64,000 nt of DNA from Eledone cirrhosa (GCA_964016885.1 OZ024741.1:332506001-332570000); one strand, 5' to 3'. Shown: positions 13,168-26,310, numbered from the stretch's first letter. Program-made: numbers and translations. Notes: a model not told the origin generated them from the letters alone.

Positions 13168-13460
13168 TTCTTGACTGGCTGATCTTGGAGATAAAATTGG
13201 CCATGCTGGAACTTCTTGCATGATCTTTGAGATCAAATTGGCCAAGCTGGAATTTCTTGCATGATCTTGGAGATCAAATTGGCCAAGTTGGAACTTCTTG
13301 CATGATCTTGGAGATCAAATTGGCCATGTTGGAACTTCTTGGCTGATCCTAGAGATCAAATTGGTCATGTTGGAACTTCTTGGCTGATCTTGGAGATGGA
13401 ATTGTCCATGATGGAACTTCTTGGCTGATCTTGGAGATCAAATTAACCATGCTGGAACTT
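13168..13460. repeat. 41-bp minisatellite, ~7 copies
   Basis: Unit GATCTTGGAGATCAAATTGGCCATGCTGGAACTTCTTGGCT starting at 13181, 13222, 13263, 13304, 13345, 13386, 13427. Confidence 0.9.
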
Positions 13461-13799
13461 CCGAAACTTCTTGGACCAATCGTAGGCCGAACGATGACCA
13501 ATTATGTCTTCACCAAATGCTTGGTTAATACGATGTTGTGACTGGCCAGCATTTAGGCTGGACTTGTGACCATAAAGCAACAATATGCGTTGCTGTTCTT
13601 GAGAGAGGCTCATTTATTGGGTCATCTTTTTGAACTCTGAAAGGATGAAAATAACCAATAATCAATCAAAAGATATGGATTTTACTTATATATAAATGAA
13701 TATATAAATCAACAAATGAATAAATAAATAAACATATATATAAAATCTGTGCGGGAACATTGTTTCCAACCCAATATAATTACATAACTGACAAAGAAC

Positions 13800-14180
13800 A
13801 TATATAACAAAACAGTTATGGCATTTGTGAAATATGGTGTTGCATGGCAGTGAAGCGTGGTCAGTGAATGTAGAGGATAATTGGAGGCTGGAGAGAAATG
13901 AAGTGTGATTTGGTGGATGTGTGATGTTAATGTGCATGGATAGTGAAGTATAGATGAGTTGAAAGAGAAGGTTGTAGTGGTATGGTCATATGATGTGCAT
14001 GAAGGGTGATCATTGGGTGTAAAAATGCTAGTGAAAGGAAACTGTTAGAGGATCTCAAAACACTAAACCTCAGTGGAAATGATGAAAAAACACAAGTGAA
14101 GGGAAGCTCGACTGGGAAAGACACGTCCAGCCTCTGCAAGCATGGAAAAAGGGACAGAGAAGGATTATGATGATGATGAT
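13800..14180 (+). mobile_element. Highly degenerate RTE LINE 3' fragment
   Basis: HGSEAWSVNVEDNWRLERNE...RRL*WYGHMMCMK; ends GCAAGCATGGAAAA...(GAT)n. Confidence 0.6.
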
Positions 14181-14774
14181 AGTCAATAGAATGGAATGGA
14201 CCTCTGTAGGTTTTTCACAAAAACTGTTCCAATTGTTTGATGAATAGAACAGCTAGCTCATGAAACTTTAACTGTAGTACTGAACACTTCTGCAATAATC
14301 TGTCCCTAGTAAAGATACTATAAATATTTTAATAAATAAGCCTGTTTTTTGAAATTTCATGTGATATCATTACAGAATATTAAGAGTCAATTAACAATTG
14401 CACATATGCAACACTATATTTAGCATAATTGACTATATCACATTGAATATTAAAGGCTTTACTCTAATACTGCAAATTTTCATAATGATTTGTCCACAAG
14501 TAAACATTTGAATTGCCAAGCCACACAAAACTGCATTAGCAAAATGGCTCTATGACTGCACCACATTTAGAATTAAACTTCCACAACAATCTGTCCACTA
14601 GTAAAGATATTATAAATATTTGAATAAACATACATCTTTTGAGACATTTTATGCTAAATCATAACATATTGTCATATGCAACATTATGTTTAGTATAACT
14701 GACTGCATCACATTAAATTTTTCCCTCTAATACTATAGATTTTCACACATATCTATGTTGGTGATCTACATGAT

Positions 14775-15100
14775 AAATGCACCCAGTACACTCTGTAAAG
14801 TGGTTGGTGATAGGAAGGGCATCCAGCTGTAGAAAACCAACAAAACAAATGGTCAGGAGGACTGTTCAGGTATGTCATGGACATGACAACCTCGCTAATA
14901 CTGGTGCCACAAGAAAATGCACTCAGTAGGGTGTAGCAACATATGTAAGAAAGGTATAAGCCCTCGGCTCACCTCAGTCGACAGGTAGAAGCAAGAGACA
15001 AACACCCCAGAACCATCTGCGACGTCAGTAACTCCACTTAGATACTGATTCGGTCTGTAACAACCCACCTAACCCATGTTAGAAGTGGGGGAGGACATTA
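14775..15100 (+). mobile_element. RTE-tail-related short repeat
   Basis: GCACCCAGTACACTCTGTAAAGTGGTTGGT..TAGGAAGGGCATCCAGCTGTAGAAAACC, shared with the RTE 3' UTRs at 18368-18556 and 24885-25055. Confidence 0.7.
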
Positions 15101-15604
15101 AATATTGATGCTCTAGGTTAATGGCAATCTATCCACTCTTCAAGATACTATAAACATTTGAATTAGCAAACTTGTTTTTAGACATTTTATGGTAAATCCT
15201 TACTCTTCAAGATACTATAAACATTTGAATTAATAAACTTATTTTCCCACCTTTTCTGCTAAATCATTACTGAACATTAAGAGTTAAAGTGTTTTCTATA
15301 CAACTGCTATGATGCTTTCGTTAACAGGTTTCTGTTTATTCAATGAAATTCGAATGGAATGGTGTGAGCGGAATTGTATTCGTGAAAAATGTAATTACAT
15401 TTTGATACAATGTAAATACTCATTTTTAATGTTTGTAAATGTTATAAGAAAAACTTGTATTCAACATCCAACAGTTTTAACAAACAATTTTTTTTTTTCA
15501 TTTTACATTATTTACCTTAACTTGTTCGTTCGGGAAATGTATCATATAATTTATTTTTTGACCATTTTCATCATCATCATAAGTTATCATCATCATCATC
15601 GTCG

Positions 15605-15649
<45 letters not shown>

Positions 15650-15661
15650 CCATTATTATTA

Positions 15662-15828
15662 TGGCAGTGGATTAGCAGAATCGTTAGAGCATTGGCCCTA
15701 ATGCTTTGAAACATCTAGTTATGACCCCCTTATGTTCAAATCTCACTGAATTCAATTTGGCCCTTCATCCTTCCGGTGTCGATAAAATAAAGTACCAGTA
15801 AAATACTGAGAATCAATATAATTGACTT
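15662..15828 (+). mobile_element. MetaSINE-like SINE, diverged
   Basis: GGCAGTGGATTAGCAGAATCG...CTTCATCCTTCCGGTGTCGATAAAATAAAGTACCAG. Confidence 0.75.
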
Positions 15829-15869
15829 TATATATATATTACATAAATTATTAAATTACTATAAAAAAA

Positions 15870-16130
15870 ATTCTTCTTCTTCTTCCTGAGAGGGTCATGG
15901 GAGCGAAACACTCCTTCCAGCATGTCTTGTCAGAAGCAACCGCCTCCAAATGATCTGCCTGTATCCCCAAGCAAGACCAGGCCAAGCTCATGGATGTTAT
16001 CCAACCATCTTGCTTGGGGTCTACCTCTGGGTCTCCTGGCGGTTGGTTTTGTCTGTAAAATCTGTCCAGCAATTCTTTCCTGAGACATTCTAACCATATG
16101 TCTATAGTATCAGAGCTGTGATCTCTCAAT
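15870..16130 (-). mobile_element. RTE (Expander-like) LINE 3' end with (AGA)n tail
   Basis: RGRPQARWLDNI motif homologous to 10560-10637; terminates in AGAAGAAGAAGAA. Confidence 0.7.
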
Positions 16131-16212
16131 TATAAATCATAAATATATGTCATTGTTTAATAAAATTGCATGCCAGATGAATAAAAAAAACTTTAATAAG
16201 TAATACATACTT

Positions 16213-16440
16213 TTAACTTCTTCTTGTCGTATGACATATGCAGAGTGGTTAGAGAGACAGATTTCTAGTATTATGGATTACCTCCAGAACACTTGGAAAA
16301 CCTCTGAGGAGTCATTCCTGAACAACATGCAGCACTGTCGAGTCATGGCCCCCACAGTCACATGCTGGGCTGTCATTCATTTTCCGTTGATGGAGATGGT
16401 GGGCTCTCCCAGCATGTGTTGTGCAGATCTGATTAAAGAT
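16213..16440 (-). mobile_element. Ingi/Vingi/I-like LINE 3' end with CCHC finger
   Basis: NQICTTHAGRAHHLHQRKMNDSPACDCGGHDSTVLHVVQE*LLRGF (C-x-C...H...[C to stop]); tail CATACGACAAGAAGAAG. Confidence 0.65.
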
Positions 16441-16468
16441 TTAGTACATACATACTAATAAGTTAAAA

Positions 16469-16513
<45 letters not shown>

Positions 16514-16639
16514 CACTAGATCCTGTCAAATGACATAAAATTCATTCTTTCTAATCTAACTGTATTTTTATAGCTGTAATTCTACTTCACGTTCTCTTAT
16601 TCATCTGTTATATTTGTCTGTAATATTTTGAAATATGGA

Positions 16640-16846
16640 TTGGCAGTAATGGTGGGGTGTTGGACAACAAGCTTAGTGACAAAGAGTTATGACTCTATGT
16701 CTTGAGTTCAAATCCTGCTGAGATTAGCTTTGCCTTTTGTCCTTACTGGATCGATAAAATAAATTACGAGCAGTACACTGTGGTCAATTTAATTAACATT
16801 CCCCTTCACCAGAATTGTTGACCTTGTGCCCAAATCAGAAACCAAT
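16640..16846 (+). mobile_element. MetaSINE-like SINE (long variant)
   Basis: GAGTTCAAATCC...CTTTGCCTTTTGTCCTTACTGGATCGATAAAATAAA...CCTTGTGCCCAAATCAGAAACC. Confidence 0.75.
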
Positions 16847-17541
16847 ATTTTGAAATGCTTATATCTACCTCCACATATTTTAGAAAGCCCCAGATTCTAA
16901 AGAACTCTTGTAAGTTTGAAAGTAGAATTACTGTGCCTAACTATGAACATCCTGTAACGGTTTAGCAGAAAATGTCTACAAACAGGTTTGTTGCTTCAAA
17001 TGTTTATAGTATCTTTATTGGTGAACAGATTGTTGTGAAAGCTCACAACATTAGAATAAAGTAAAGATTTGAATGTTTAATGTGATACAATCATAGTATT
17101 GATTTAAACATTTTTTTTTTTACTTATCAAGAATGTCTTTATAATGGGATTTGATATGGTTCAGGACATTCAAAGTTAAACACATGATCTACTCAAATAT
17201 AAATATAATAGTTAAAAATGGCAACAGAGATGGTTAGATAAATAAGGGATATAGACTGGTGTGTAGACAACACTAAGATGGTAACAGGAACAGGACAAAA
17301 AATGTCCCTGGTCATCAGCTGTTTTTAATGAACACACAGTTTCAACCCCTAGCCAACTGTACTACTGACCCATTAGGGATCACAATGTAGAACAAGACAG
17401 AAAAACATACACACACACAAACATATATATATATATATGTGTGTGTGTATTTATATATGTATTGATATATGTATATATATATGTGTGTGTGTGTATTTAT
17501 ATATGTATATATATATATGTGTGTGTGTCTGTGTGTGTATA

Positions 17542-17598
17542 TAAAGTTTCAGAAGATCCCGTTAAGGGTGAAAGCAGCGATTCTTTGCTTAAACTTTA
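17542..17598 (+). ncRNA. Hammerhead-like motif (type I) with variant core
   Basis: TAAAGTTT-CAGAAGA-tCCC/GGGt-GAAA-GCA...TGC-TT-AAACTTTA: 8-bp stem I, short stem II, stem III; the core has A instead of U4. Confidence 0.45.
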
Positions 17599-17702
17599 AT
17601 CTGTTATTTTAATAAATATTTGCTCTACGGTTCTTATATATCTGATATATATTTATCCTTATTGAGCCCTCTTTGGATTTTAGTCTTCAAATTTATTATT
17701 AT

Positions 17703-17779
<77 letters not shown>

Positions 17780-17880
17780 GTAATAATAATAAATTTGAAG
17801 ACTAAAATCCAAAGAAGGCTCGATAAGGATAAATATATATCAGATATATAAGAACCGTAGAGCAAATATTTATTAAAATA
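17542..17880. mobile_element. Small (TA)n-associated element plus inverted partial copy
   Basis: 17605-17706 and 17779-17880 are ~102-bp inverted repeats around a (TA)n spacer; related copies at 9531 and 11130. Confidence 0.75.
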
Positions 17881-17922
17881 TATCATACTTGTTCCTATAT
17901 ATATATATATATTCAATATGTT

Positions 17923-17956
<34 letters not shown>

Positions 17957-17964
17957 AATATATA

Positions 17965-18556
17965 TTGAATTGAGAGAGAGACTGAGCATAAGAGGAATCA
18001 AATGCTGTGTGCAGGAGAGGCGGTTGCGCTGGTATGGACATGTGATGTGTATGAAGGATGACAGCTGCATAAAAAGGTGCAGAGCACTAGAAGTCGATGG
18101 AAACCGTGGAGTGGGGAGACCCAAGATGACCTAGGATGAGGTGATAAAAGCCGACCTTACCCAATTACACCTCTCAAAGGCAATGACACACGACCGTAAC
18201 CTCTGGCGCCACGCAGTAATACAGAGTACCCGACCTCCAATGGGTACAAGCTGAAGCATATAGACAATATGCCCCCCCCCCCCCCACCGCAAGGTGGTCG
18301 TGGAGGTGCCACGGCAAAAAAGCACCCAGCCCACACTGTAAAGTGGACGTGTAGGTGCCACGAAAAAGCACCCAGCACTCACTGTAAATGAGGTTGGTGT
18401 TAGGAAGGGCATCCAGCTGTAGAAATCAATCCAAATCAGTTCCTGTATGAGCAAGGCATGGTCAGCCGACCAGACACTGCCCACAACAGGACAACCCGTC
18501 TAACCCATGCTAGTGTGGAAGAACGGACGTAAAACGGTGATGATGATGATGATGAT
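17965..18556 (+). mobile_element. 5'-truncated RTE LINE (C-terminus + 3' UTR + (GAT)n tail)
   Basis: [55 protein letters not shown]; tail AACCCATGCTAG...GACGTAAAACG(GT)(GAT)n. Confidence 0.9.
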
Positions 18557-18798
18557 TCAAAAAGAGGAGTGTGCAGAGGACATAGACAATGGAAAAATTA
18601 ATGGAAAAATGGACAATCCCATCTCCTCAGCCAAATTTTGGAAATCACTACAGTTTTGGTAAAATTTAAGGTTGACACTGTTCATTTCAGTGTACATTGG
18701 GATGTAAAAAGATATATATATACCACACATACACACACATGTAGGTGTGTGTGGGCGTGCTGGGTTTGTGTGGGTGTGTATAACTCTGTGTGTGGGGA

Positions 18799-18833
<35 letters not shown>

Positions 18834-19330
18834 GAAAAATTGAACAGGGACAGAACAGAGAGGCAGTACAATAAATGTTTATTAAATTCACGCTCAGGAG
18901 AGTGGGGGGGGTAGGATATATATATATATACACAGTCCTATGCGAGCAAGACACGGTCACCTGATCAATCTTGCCTCAAGTGGGACAATTCCCCATCTAA
19001 CCCATGCTAGCATGGAAGATAGACGTTAAACGATGAGGATGATGATATATACATATGTGTGCGTGTGTTTGTGTGTCCGTGAATGCACTAATATAGGTGC
19101 AACATTCTCATGTTTGAAATAGCTATACTGAATGTCTGCTAATTCTGATGTAGTTTTACACATACACACACATATATGTATATATACACACATACACATA
19201 TACAAACATAGTGCCTGTGTCACCCACATTGTATTTTCCTCTTAGCCTCTCATAGTCTATTTTACACTATATTATATTTCGTTTCATATTATTATTATTT
19301 TTATTATTTTTAGTGGTTAGGGGTAGGTTG

Positions 19331-19365
<35 letters not shown>

Positions 19366-19484
19366 ATCATCATCATCATCATCATCATCACTATTTTAAG
19401 TCCATTCTTCCATGCTAGCATATGTATCATCATCATCATCATCATCATCATTTTACGGCTGCCTTTCCCTGCTTGCAAGTATAT

Positions 19485-19539
19485 GTATTTATGTATATAT
19501 ATATATATGTATGTATATGTATGTATATATATGTATATA

Positions 19540-19596
<57 letters not shown>

Positions 19597-19597
19597 G

Positions 19598-19628
<31 letters not shown>

Positions 19629-19703
19629 GTATTTATATATATGTATATATATACATGTATTTATATATATGTATATATATACATGTATTTATATATATGT
19701 ATT

Positions 19704-19752
<49 letters not shown>

Positions 19753-19771
19753 GTATTTATATATATGTATT

Positions 19772-19802
<31 letters not shown>

Positions 19803-19851
19803 GTATATATATATGTATATATATATATATATGTATATATATATGTATATA

Positions 19852-19900
<49 letters not shown>

Positions 19901-19997
19901 TTATATGTATGTATATATATATATATGTATTTATATATATATGTATATATGTATGTATATATATATATGTATTTATATATATATGTATATATATATG

Positions 19998-20030
<33 letters not shown>
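19485..20030. repeat. Long imperfect (TA)n microsatellite
   Basis: TA run with periodic TG/TT interruptions. Confidence 0.95.
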
Positions 20031-20405
20031 GAGTGTGTGTGTGTGTGTGTTTTTTTAAACTATACACTTTGCAATGTAGCTGTGATATAGTGAGGGCAGG
20101 AAACGAGGTGGGTCTGTGAAGTGTGCCAGATGTGTGGGGGAAGAACAGGACTTCATATCCTTGAATTCCAGTCAAGATAGGTAGGTAGAAGTGATAGGAG
20201 AGAAGTGTAAGAAAAAGATAAAAAAGGTAAGAACAAAACAAAAGACAATATCTTTGTTGAGCTCAGGTGTGAATGCAATAAAAGATTGTATGTTAAGGCA
20301 AGCAACAGAGAAGTGTCACTTCTTCCAGGGCTGACATACTATTACATTATGCCTAGTTTTTTTATTTGTGTGTGCCTCTGTGTATCTTATGTTCTGTTCT
20401 GTGTG

Positions 20406-20444
<39 letters not shown>

Positions 20445-20895
20445 GAGTGTGTTTATGTCTGTATCTGTATGTGTGTGTTTTAGTGTGTGTGTGTATATAA
20501 ATATCTATGTATGTGAGTGTGTTTATGTCTATATCTGTATGTGTGTCTGTATATCTATATCTGTGTGTGTGTGTGCTTATGTCTGTATCTGCATGTGTGT
20601 GTTTTAGTATGTGTGTGTATATATATATATATATATCTATGTCTGTGTGTGTGCTTATGTCTGTATCTGTATATGTGTGTTTTAGTGTGTGTGTGTATAT
20701 ATCTATGTCTGTGTGTGTGCTTATGTCTGTATCTGCATGTGTGTGTTTTAGTATGCGTGTGTATATATATATATATATCTATGTCTGTGGGTGTGTTTAT
20801 GTCTGTATCTGTATGTGTGTGTTTTAGTGTGTGTGTGTGTATATCTATGTCTGTGTGTGTGCTTATGTCTGTATCTGTATGTGTGTGTTTTAGTA

Positions 20896-20934
<39 letters not shown>

Positions 20935-21275
20935 CTGTGAGTGTGTTTATGTCTATCTGTATGTGTGTGTTTTAGTATGTGTGTGTATATATATATCTAT
21001 GTCTGTGTGTGTGTTTATGTCTATCTGTATGTGTGTGTTTTAGTATGTGTGTGTATATATATATGTATTAGTATGTGTGTGTATATATATATATATCTAT
21101 GTCTGTGAGTTTGTTAATGTCTATCTCTATGTGTGTGTTTTAGTATGTGTGTATATATATATATATCTATGTCTGTGAGTGTGTTTATATCTGTATGTGT
21201 GTGTTTTAGTGTGTGTGTGTATATATCTATGTCTGAGTGTGCTTATGTCTGTATCTGTATGTGTGTGTTTTAGTA

Positions 21276-21306
<31 letters not shown>

Positions 21307-21348
21307 GTCTGTGTGTGTGCTTATGTCACTATCTGTATGTGTGTGTTT

Positions 21349-21400
<52 letters not shown>

Positions 21401-21513
21401 GAGTGTGTTTATGTCTGTATCTGTATGAGTGTGTTTTAGTGTGTGTGTGTGTATGTAAATATCTATGTATGTGAGTGTGTTAATGTCTGTATCTGTATGT
21501 GTGTGTTTTAGTA

Positions 21514-21585
<72 letters not shown>

Positions 21586-21779
21586 TGTGTGTGTGCTTAT
21601 GTCTGTATCTGCATGTGTGTGTTTTAGTATGTGTATATATATATATATATATATGTCTGTGAGTGTGTTTATGTCAGTATCTGTATGTGTGTGTTTTAGT
21701 ATGTGTGTGTATATATATATATATATATCTATGTCTGTGTGTGTGCTTATGTCTGTATCTGCATGTGTGTGTTTTAGTA

Positions 21780-21810
<31 letters not shown>

Positions 21811-22089
21811 GTCTGTGTGTGTGCTTATGTCTGTATCTGCATGTGTGTGTTTTAGTATGTGTATATATATATATATCTATGTCTGTGAGTGTGTTTATGT
21901 CAGTATCTGTATGTGTGTGTTTTAGTATGTCTGTGTATATATATATATATCTATGTCTGTGAGTGTTTATGTCTATCTGTATGTGTGTGTTTTAGTATGT
22001 GTGTGTATACATATATATATATATATATGTCTGTGAGTGTGTTTATGTCTGTATCTGCATGTGTGTGTGTGTGTGTATGTGCATATATA

Positions 22090-23699
22090 CAGTGCCCCGC
22101 AAAAGTTTACAACACATTAGGAAAAATGCGGTTTTAGGTATTTTTAATAAAGTTAAGGTAATGAAAATTTAACTACTGATAGAACATATAGTGAGGCATC
22201 TCATGATATAATCATATTTTAAAAAAAATAACAAGGAAATAACTCATAAAGAAAAATCAGTATTTTTGTAACGCAAAAGTTTACAACACATTTATTAAAT
22301 CATGTCTTAATATTTCGTAGCATAACCTTTGTTGCTAATTACAGCCTGTAGGCGTTTGGAGTAGCCTCCTACAAACTTCTTGCATGTTTCTTGGCTAATA
22401 TTTTTCCATTCTTCACAACAAATTTTCTTTAGTTCAGGGATATTTTGGGGTTTCTTTTTTTGAATTCTGAGTTTCAGTTCTCTCCACAAATTTTCGATCG
22501 GGTTAAGATCTGGAGGCTGACTTGGCCATTTTAGAACATTTATTCCATTCGTACTTAACCAAGATTGTGTTAGCTTTGCAGTATGCTTTGGACCGTTATC
22601 TTGTTAAAAAAACCAACCTGGCTTTAAGCTGAGAGAATGTGCACTTTGATGTAAATTCCTTTGCAAAATACCTCTATAATAAGCGCCATACATTCTTGCT
22701 TCTATTATTTCAATATTTCCTACACCTGTGGCACTAAAGCAACCCCAGACCATGATTGATCCACCTCAAAATTTTACAGTTGGAATAGTATTCTTCAGCG
22801 AATATTCAGTACCTTTCTTTCTCCAGACTTAGCATTTCGACCAAAAAGTTCAATTTTTGTTTTGTCCGACCAATGTACATCTTACCAAAATAACGCAGGT
22901 TTGATGAGATGCTCCTTTGCAAAGTTTAATCGGCGAAGAACGTGTTTCCTCGTAAGAAGTGGTGTTTTCCTTGGAGACCTCAAGAAAATATCATATCGAC
23001 GAAGTGAACGACTAATTGTATCTGTGCTCACTTTTACTCCACTTCCTTCTAGGTCATCCTGAAGATTTTTAAGAGTACACCGGGGTTCGTTGCCAACCTT
23101 TCTCGTCAATAACCGAGCTGCACGTTCCGTTATCTTTCTAGGACGACCAGAACTAATTAGAGGACAGATGGAATGATGAGATTTCCAGTGACGAATTATA
23201 GTACCAACTGAACTCAATGGCACATTTAACTGACAAGATATCTTTCTATAACCAACACCATTTGTATGAAGGTCTACAATGCGTTTACGAAGGTCTTGAT
23301 CAATCAGTTTATTTTTCCCCATATTGTCCATGTTTACAGGACGGTTGTCAATGTTTACAGGATGGTTGTCAGACAAATAATGACGTAATGTTTTTAATAG
23401 TCCTTAGAAGTTACCTTAAACCTAATCTAGAACATTCTACTGAATTTTAAATCTGAAAATTTAAGAATTTTCTTGAAAAAAAGCGATAAATATAAAATGT
23501 GTTGTACACTTTTGCGTTATAAAAATATTGATTTATTTTCATGAGTTATTTCCTTGTTATTTTTTTTAAAAATATGATTGTATCATTAAATGCCTCATTA
23601 TATGTTCTATCAGTAGTTAAATTTTCAATACCCTAACTTTATTAAAAATACCTAAAACCGCATTTTTCCTAATGTGTTGTAAACTTTTGCGGGGCACTG
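22090..23699 (-). mobile_element. Full-length Tc1-family DNA transposon (1610 bp) with ~205-bp IR/DR-type TIRs and TA TSD
   Basis: Ends CAGTGCCCCGCAAAAGTTTACAACAC / GTGTTGTAAACTTTTGCGGGGCACTG, flanked by TA on both sides; inner repeats at 22272-22292 and 23496-23516. Confidence 0.95.
22307..23376 (-). pseudogene. Tc1-type DD34E transposase, disrupted
   Basis: Paired-like HTH and GRPRK, WSDKTKIELFG, GGSIMVWGCFS, QDNGPKH-34 aa-E (SQPPDLNPIENLW), KGYATKY*; several premature stops and at least one frameshift. Confidence 0.92.
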
Positions 23700-23970
23700 T
23701 ATATCTATGTATGTGAATGTGTTTATGTCTGTATCTGTATGTATGTGTTTTAGTGTGTGTGTGTATATATATATATATGTCTGTGAGTGTGTTTATGTCT
23801 GTATCTGCATGTGTGTGTGTGTGTACATCTATATCTGTATCTGCATACGTGTGTGTGTATATCTGTGGTGTCTTTTTGTTATTTTATTTTATTGTATTAT
23901 TTCACTAACTGTGTTTTTTGCTTATTTTTTTAATTATTTTCCTTAGTTTTACTGGCTTATTGCTTCTCTG

Positions 23971-24023
<53 letters not shown>

Positions 24024-24263
24024 GATATATATATATATATATATATGTATGTAAGTATGTATATATATATATGTATGTAAGTATGTATATATATATATGT
24101 ATGTAAGTATGTATATATATATATATGTATGTAAGTATGTATATATATATATGTATGTAAGTATGTATATATATGTATGTAAGTATGTATATATATATAT
24201 GTATGTAAGTATGTATATATATATGTATGTAAGTATGTATATATATATATATATGTATGTAAG

Positions 24264-24311
<48 letters not shown>

Positions 24312-24399
24312 AGTATATATGTAGATATATATATATATATGTATGTACATATGTATATATGTATATATATATGGATGTAAGTATATATCTATATATATA

Positions 24400-25052
24400 T
24401 AACAAACTAAGGGAAAAATTAGAAATAAGAGGGATCAGATGTTGTTTACTCGAGAGTAGACTACGTTGGTATGGTCACGTGATGCCCATGAAAGACGACA
24501 GCTGTATAAAAAAGTGCAGGGCAATAAAAATAGACGGTAGCCACAGAGTAGGCAGACCCAGAAAAACCTGGGACGAGCTGATAAATTTCGACTTCACACA
24601 CTTACACCTCTCCAAGACAATGTCACTGGACTGAGATCTTTGGCGTTACACAGTAATAGAGAAGACCTGCCTTACCTAAGTACAAAGTAAAACCTACTAC
24701 AGTCAGTAGGCACCTCTAACAAAATACACCTCCGTCCCTCTACACCCACCCCTTTCAATGTAAAGTTATGTTGGTACCACAACATCCAGCCCGAAACAAA
24801 TGAGGTCGTGTAGATGTCACGACAAAAAAACACACAGTCCACGCTGTAATGTGGGCGTGTAGGTAACATGGTAAAAACCTCCCAGTTCCACACTGTAAAT
24901 GTGGTTGGTGTTAGGAAGGCCATCCAGCTGTAGAAAACCCGCCAGACAGTCCTATATGAGCAAGACAACCACTATTGCCTCAAGTGGGAAAACTCCCGTC
25001 CAAACCCATGCAAGCGTGGAAGATGGACGTTAAACGATGATGATGATGATGA

Positions 25053-25055
<3 letters not shown>
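24400..25055 (+). mobile_element. 5'-truncated RTE LINE (C-terminus + 3' UTR)
   Basis: [37 protein letters not shown]...GRPRKTWDELI; (GAT)n tail. Confidence 0.9.
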
Positions 25056-25104
<49 letters not shown>

Positions 25105-25345
25105 ACATATATATGTATGTATAATATATATATATATATGTAAGTATATATATATACATATGTATGTGTGTGTATAAATATATATATATATATGTGTGTG
25201 TGTGTATATATGAATGTGTATATAAGCTGTTTCAGCAAAATCACATTTGTAAGTATTGTAACATGAACAGCTGAGATAAAGGGTTTATATTTTTATATAT
25301 GCTGGTGATGGTGTATATTCATATAATTGTTTCTGTGTGTGCATG

Positions 25346-25387
<42 letters not shown>

Positions 25388-25604
25388 CACAAATACATAT
25401 ATATATTTATATATATGTACATATATATATATACACAGACACACACACATGCATATACACACACACACACATATATATATATGTATCCTTGTATGTATAC
25501 ATACACACACACAAACCAACACTGTAGTAGATTATCAAACATTGCTCATATGTCTTTATGAACAATCCAATCTCTAGCCAGAGCTGGCATGGTGTTAGAA
25601 CAGC

Positions 25605-25658
25605 TTTCACAATCTACCTTGTTAGCTTCGGCACTATCTCTCTTGGAAAATGGTATTT

Positions 25659-25719
<61 letters not shown>

Positions 25720-25989
25720 TACACACAATCTACCTAGATAGCTGTGTCTCTTTCACTCTTGGAAAATGTTTTTTAAGATAACTGTCTCTCTTTTTCACTC
25801 TCTCTCTCTCTCTCTCTCTCTCACCCTCTCTCTCTCTCTCTCCCTCTCTCTCTCTCTCACACACACAATCTACCTAGTTACTTGTGTCTCTATCTGTCTT
25901 GGAAAATGGTATTTCAGATAATTGACTCTCTCTCTCTCTCTCTAGTTAGCTTCAGCTCTGTCTCTCTTGAAAAATGGTATTTCAGATCT

Positions 25990-26061
<72 letters not shown>

Positions 26062-26075
26062 ACTCACTCACTCTC

Positions 26076-26123
<48 letters not shown>

Positions 26124-26310
26124 ACACACAATCTACCTAGATAGCTGTGTCTCTTTCACTCTTGGAAAATGTTTTTTAAGATAACTGTCTCTCTTTCTCT
26201 CTCCTTCTCCTACTCTCTCTCTCTCTCTGTACCCTCCTTCTCTCCATTCATACACAATCTACCTAGTTGACTGTCTCTACCTGGTTTCGAAAATGTTATT
26301 TCAGATCATT
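25605..26310. repeat. Composite tandem repeat: ~50-bp unique core separated by variable (TC)n/(AC)n
   Basis: CACAATCTACCTAG..TAGCT...CTTGGAAAATG.T.TTT.AGAT recurs about 6 times. Confidence 0.8.

Larger units (their letters stand above)
20410..23860. repeat. Composite ~60-80-bp TG/TA-rich tandem array, interrupted by the Tc1 element
   Basis: Unit ATGTCTGTG.GTGTG.TTATGTCTGTATCTG.ATGTGTGTGTTTTAGTATGTGTGTG(TA)n repeated; resumes at 23700 after the transposon. Confidence 0.85.

Noticed and set aside
16231-16458. 75-aa plus-strand ORF
   Set aside because: Antisense to a LINE C-terminal zinc-finger remnant.
17290-17400. Minus-strand GAAA and CTGATGA motifs suggesting another hammerhead
   Set aside because: I could not assemble consistent stems I-III in any permutation.
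19348-20241. YI/CV/HT-rich ORFs here and throughout the window
   Set aside because: Translations of (TA)n, (TG)n and (CA)n microsatellites.
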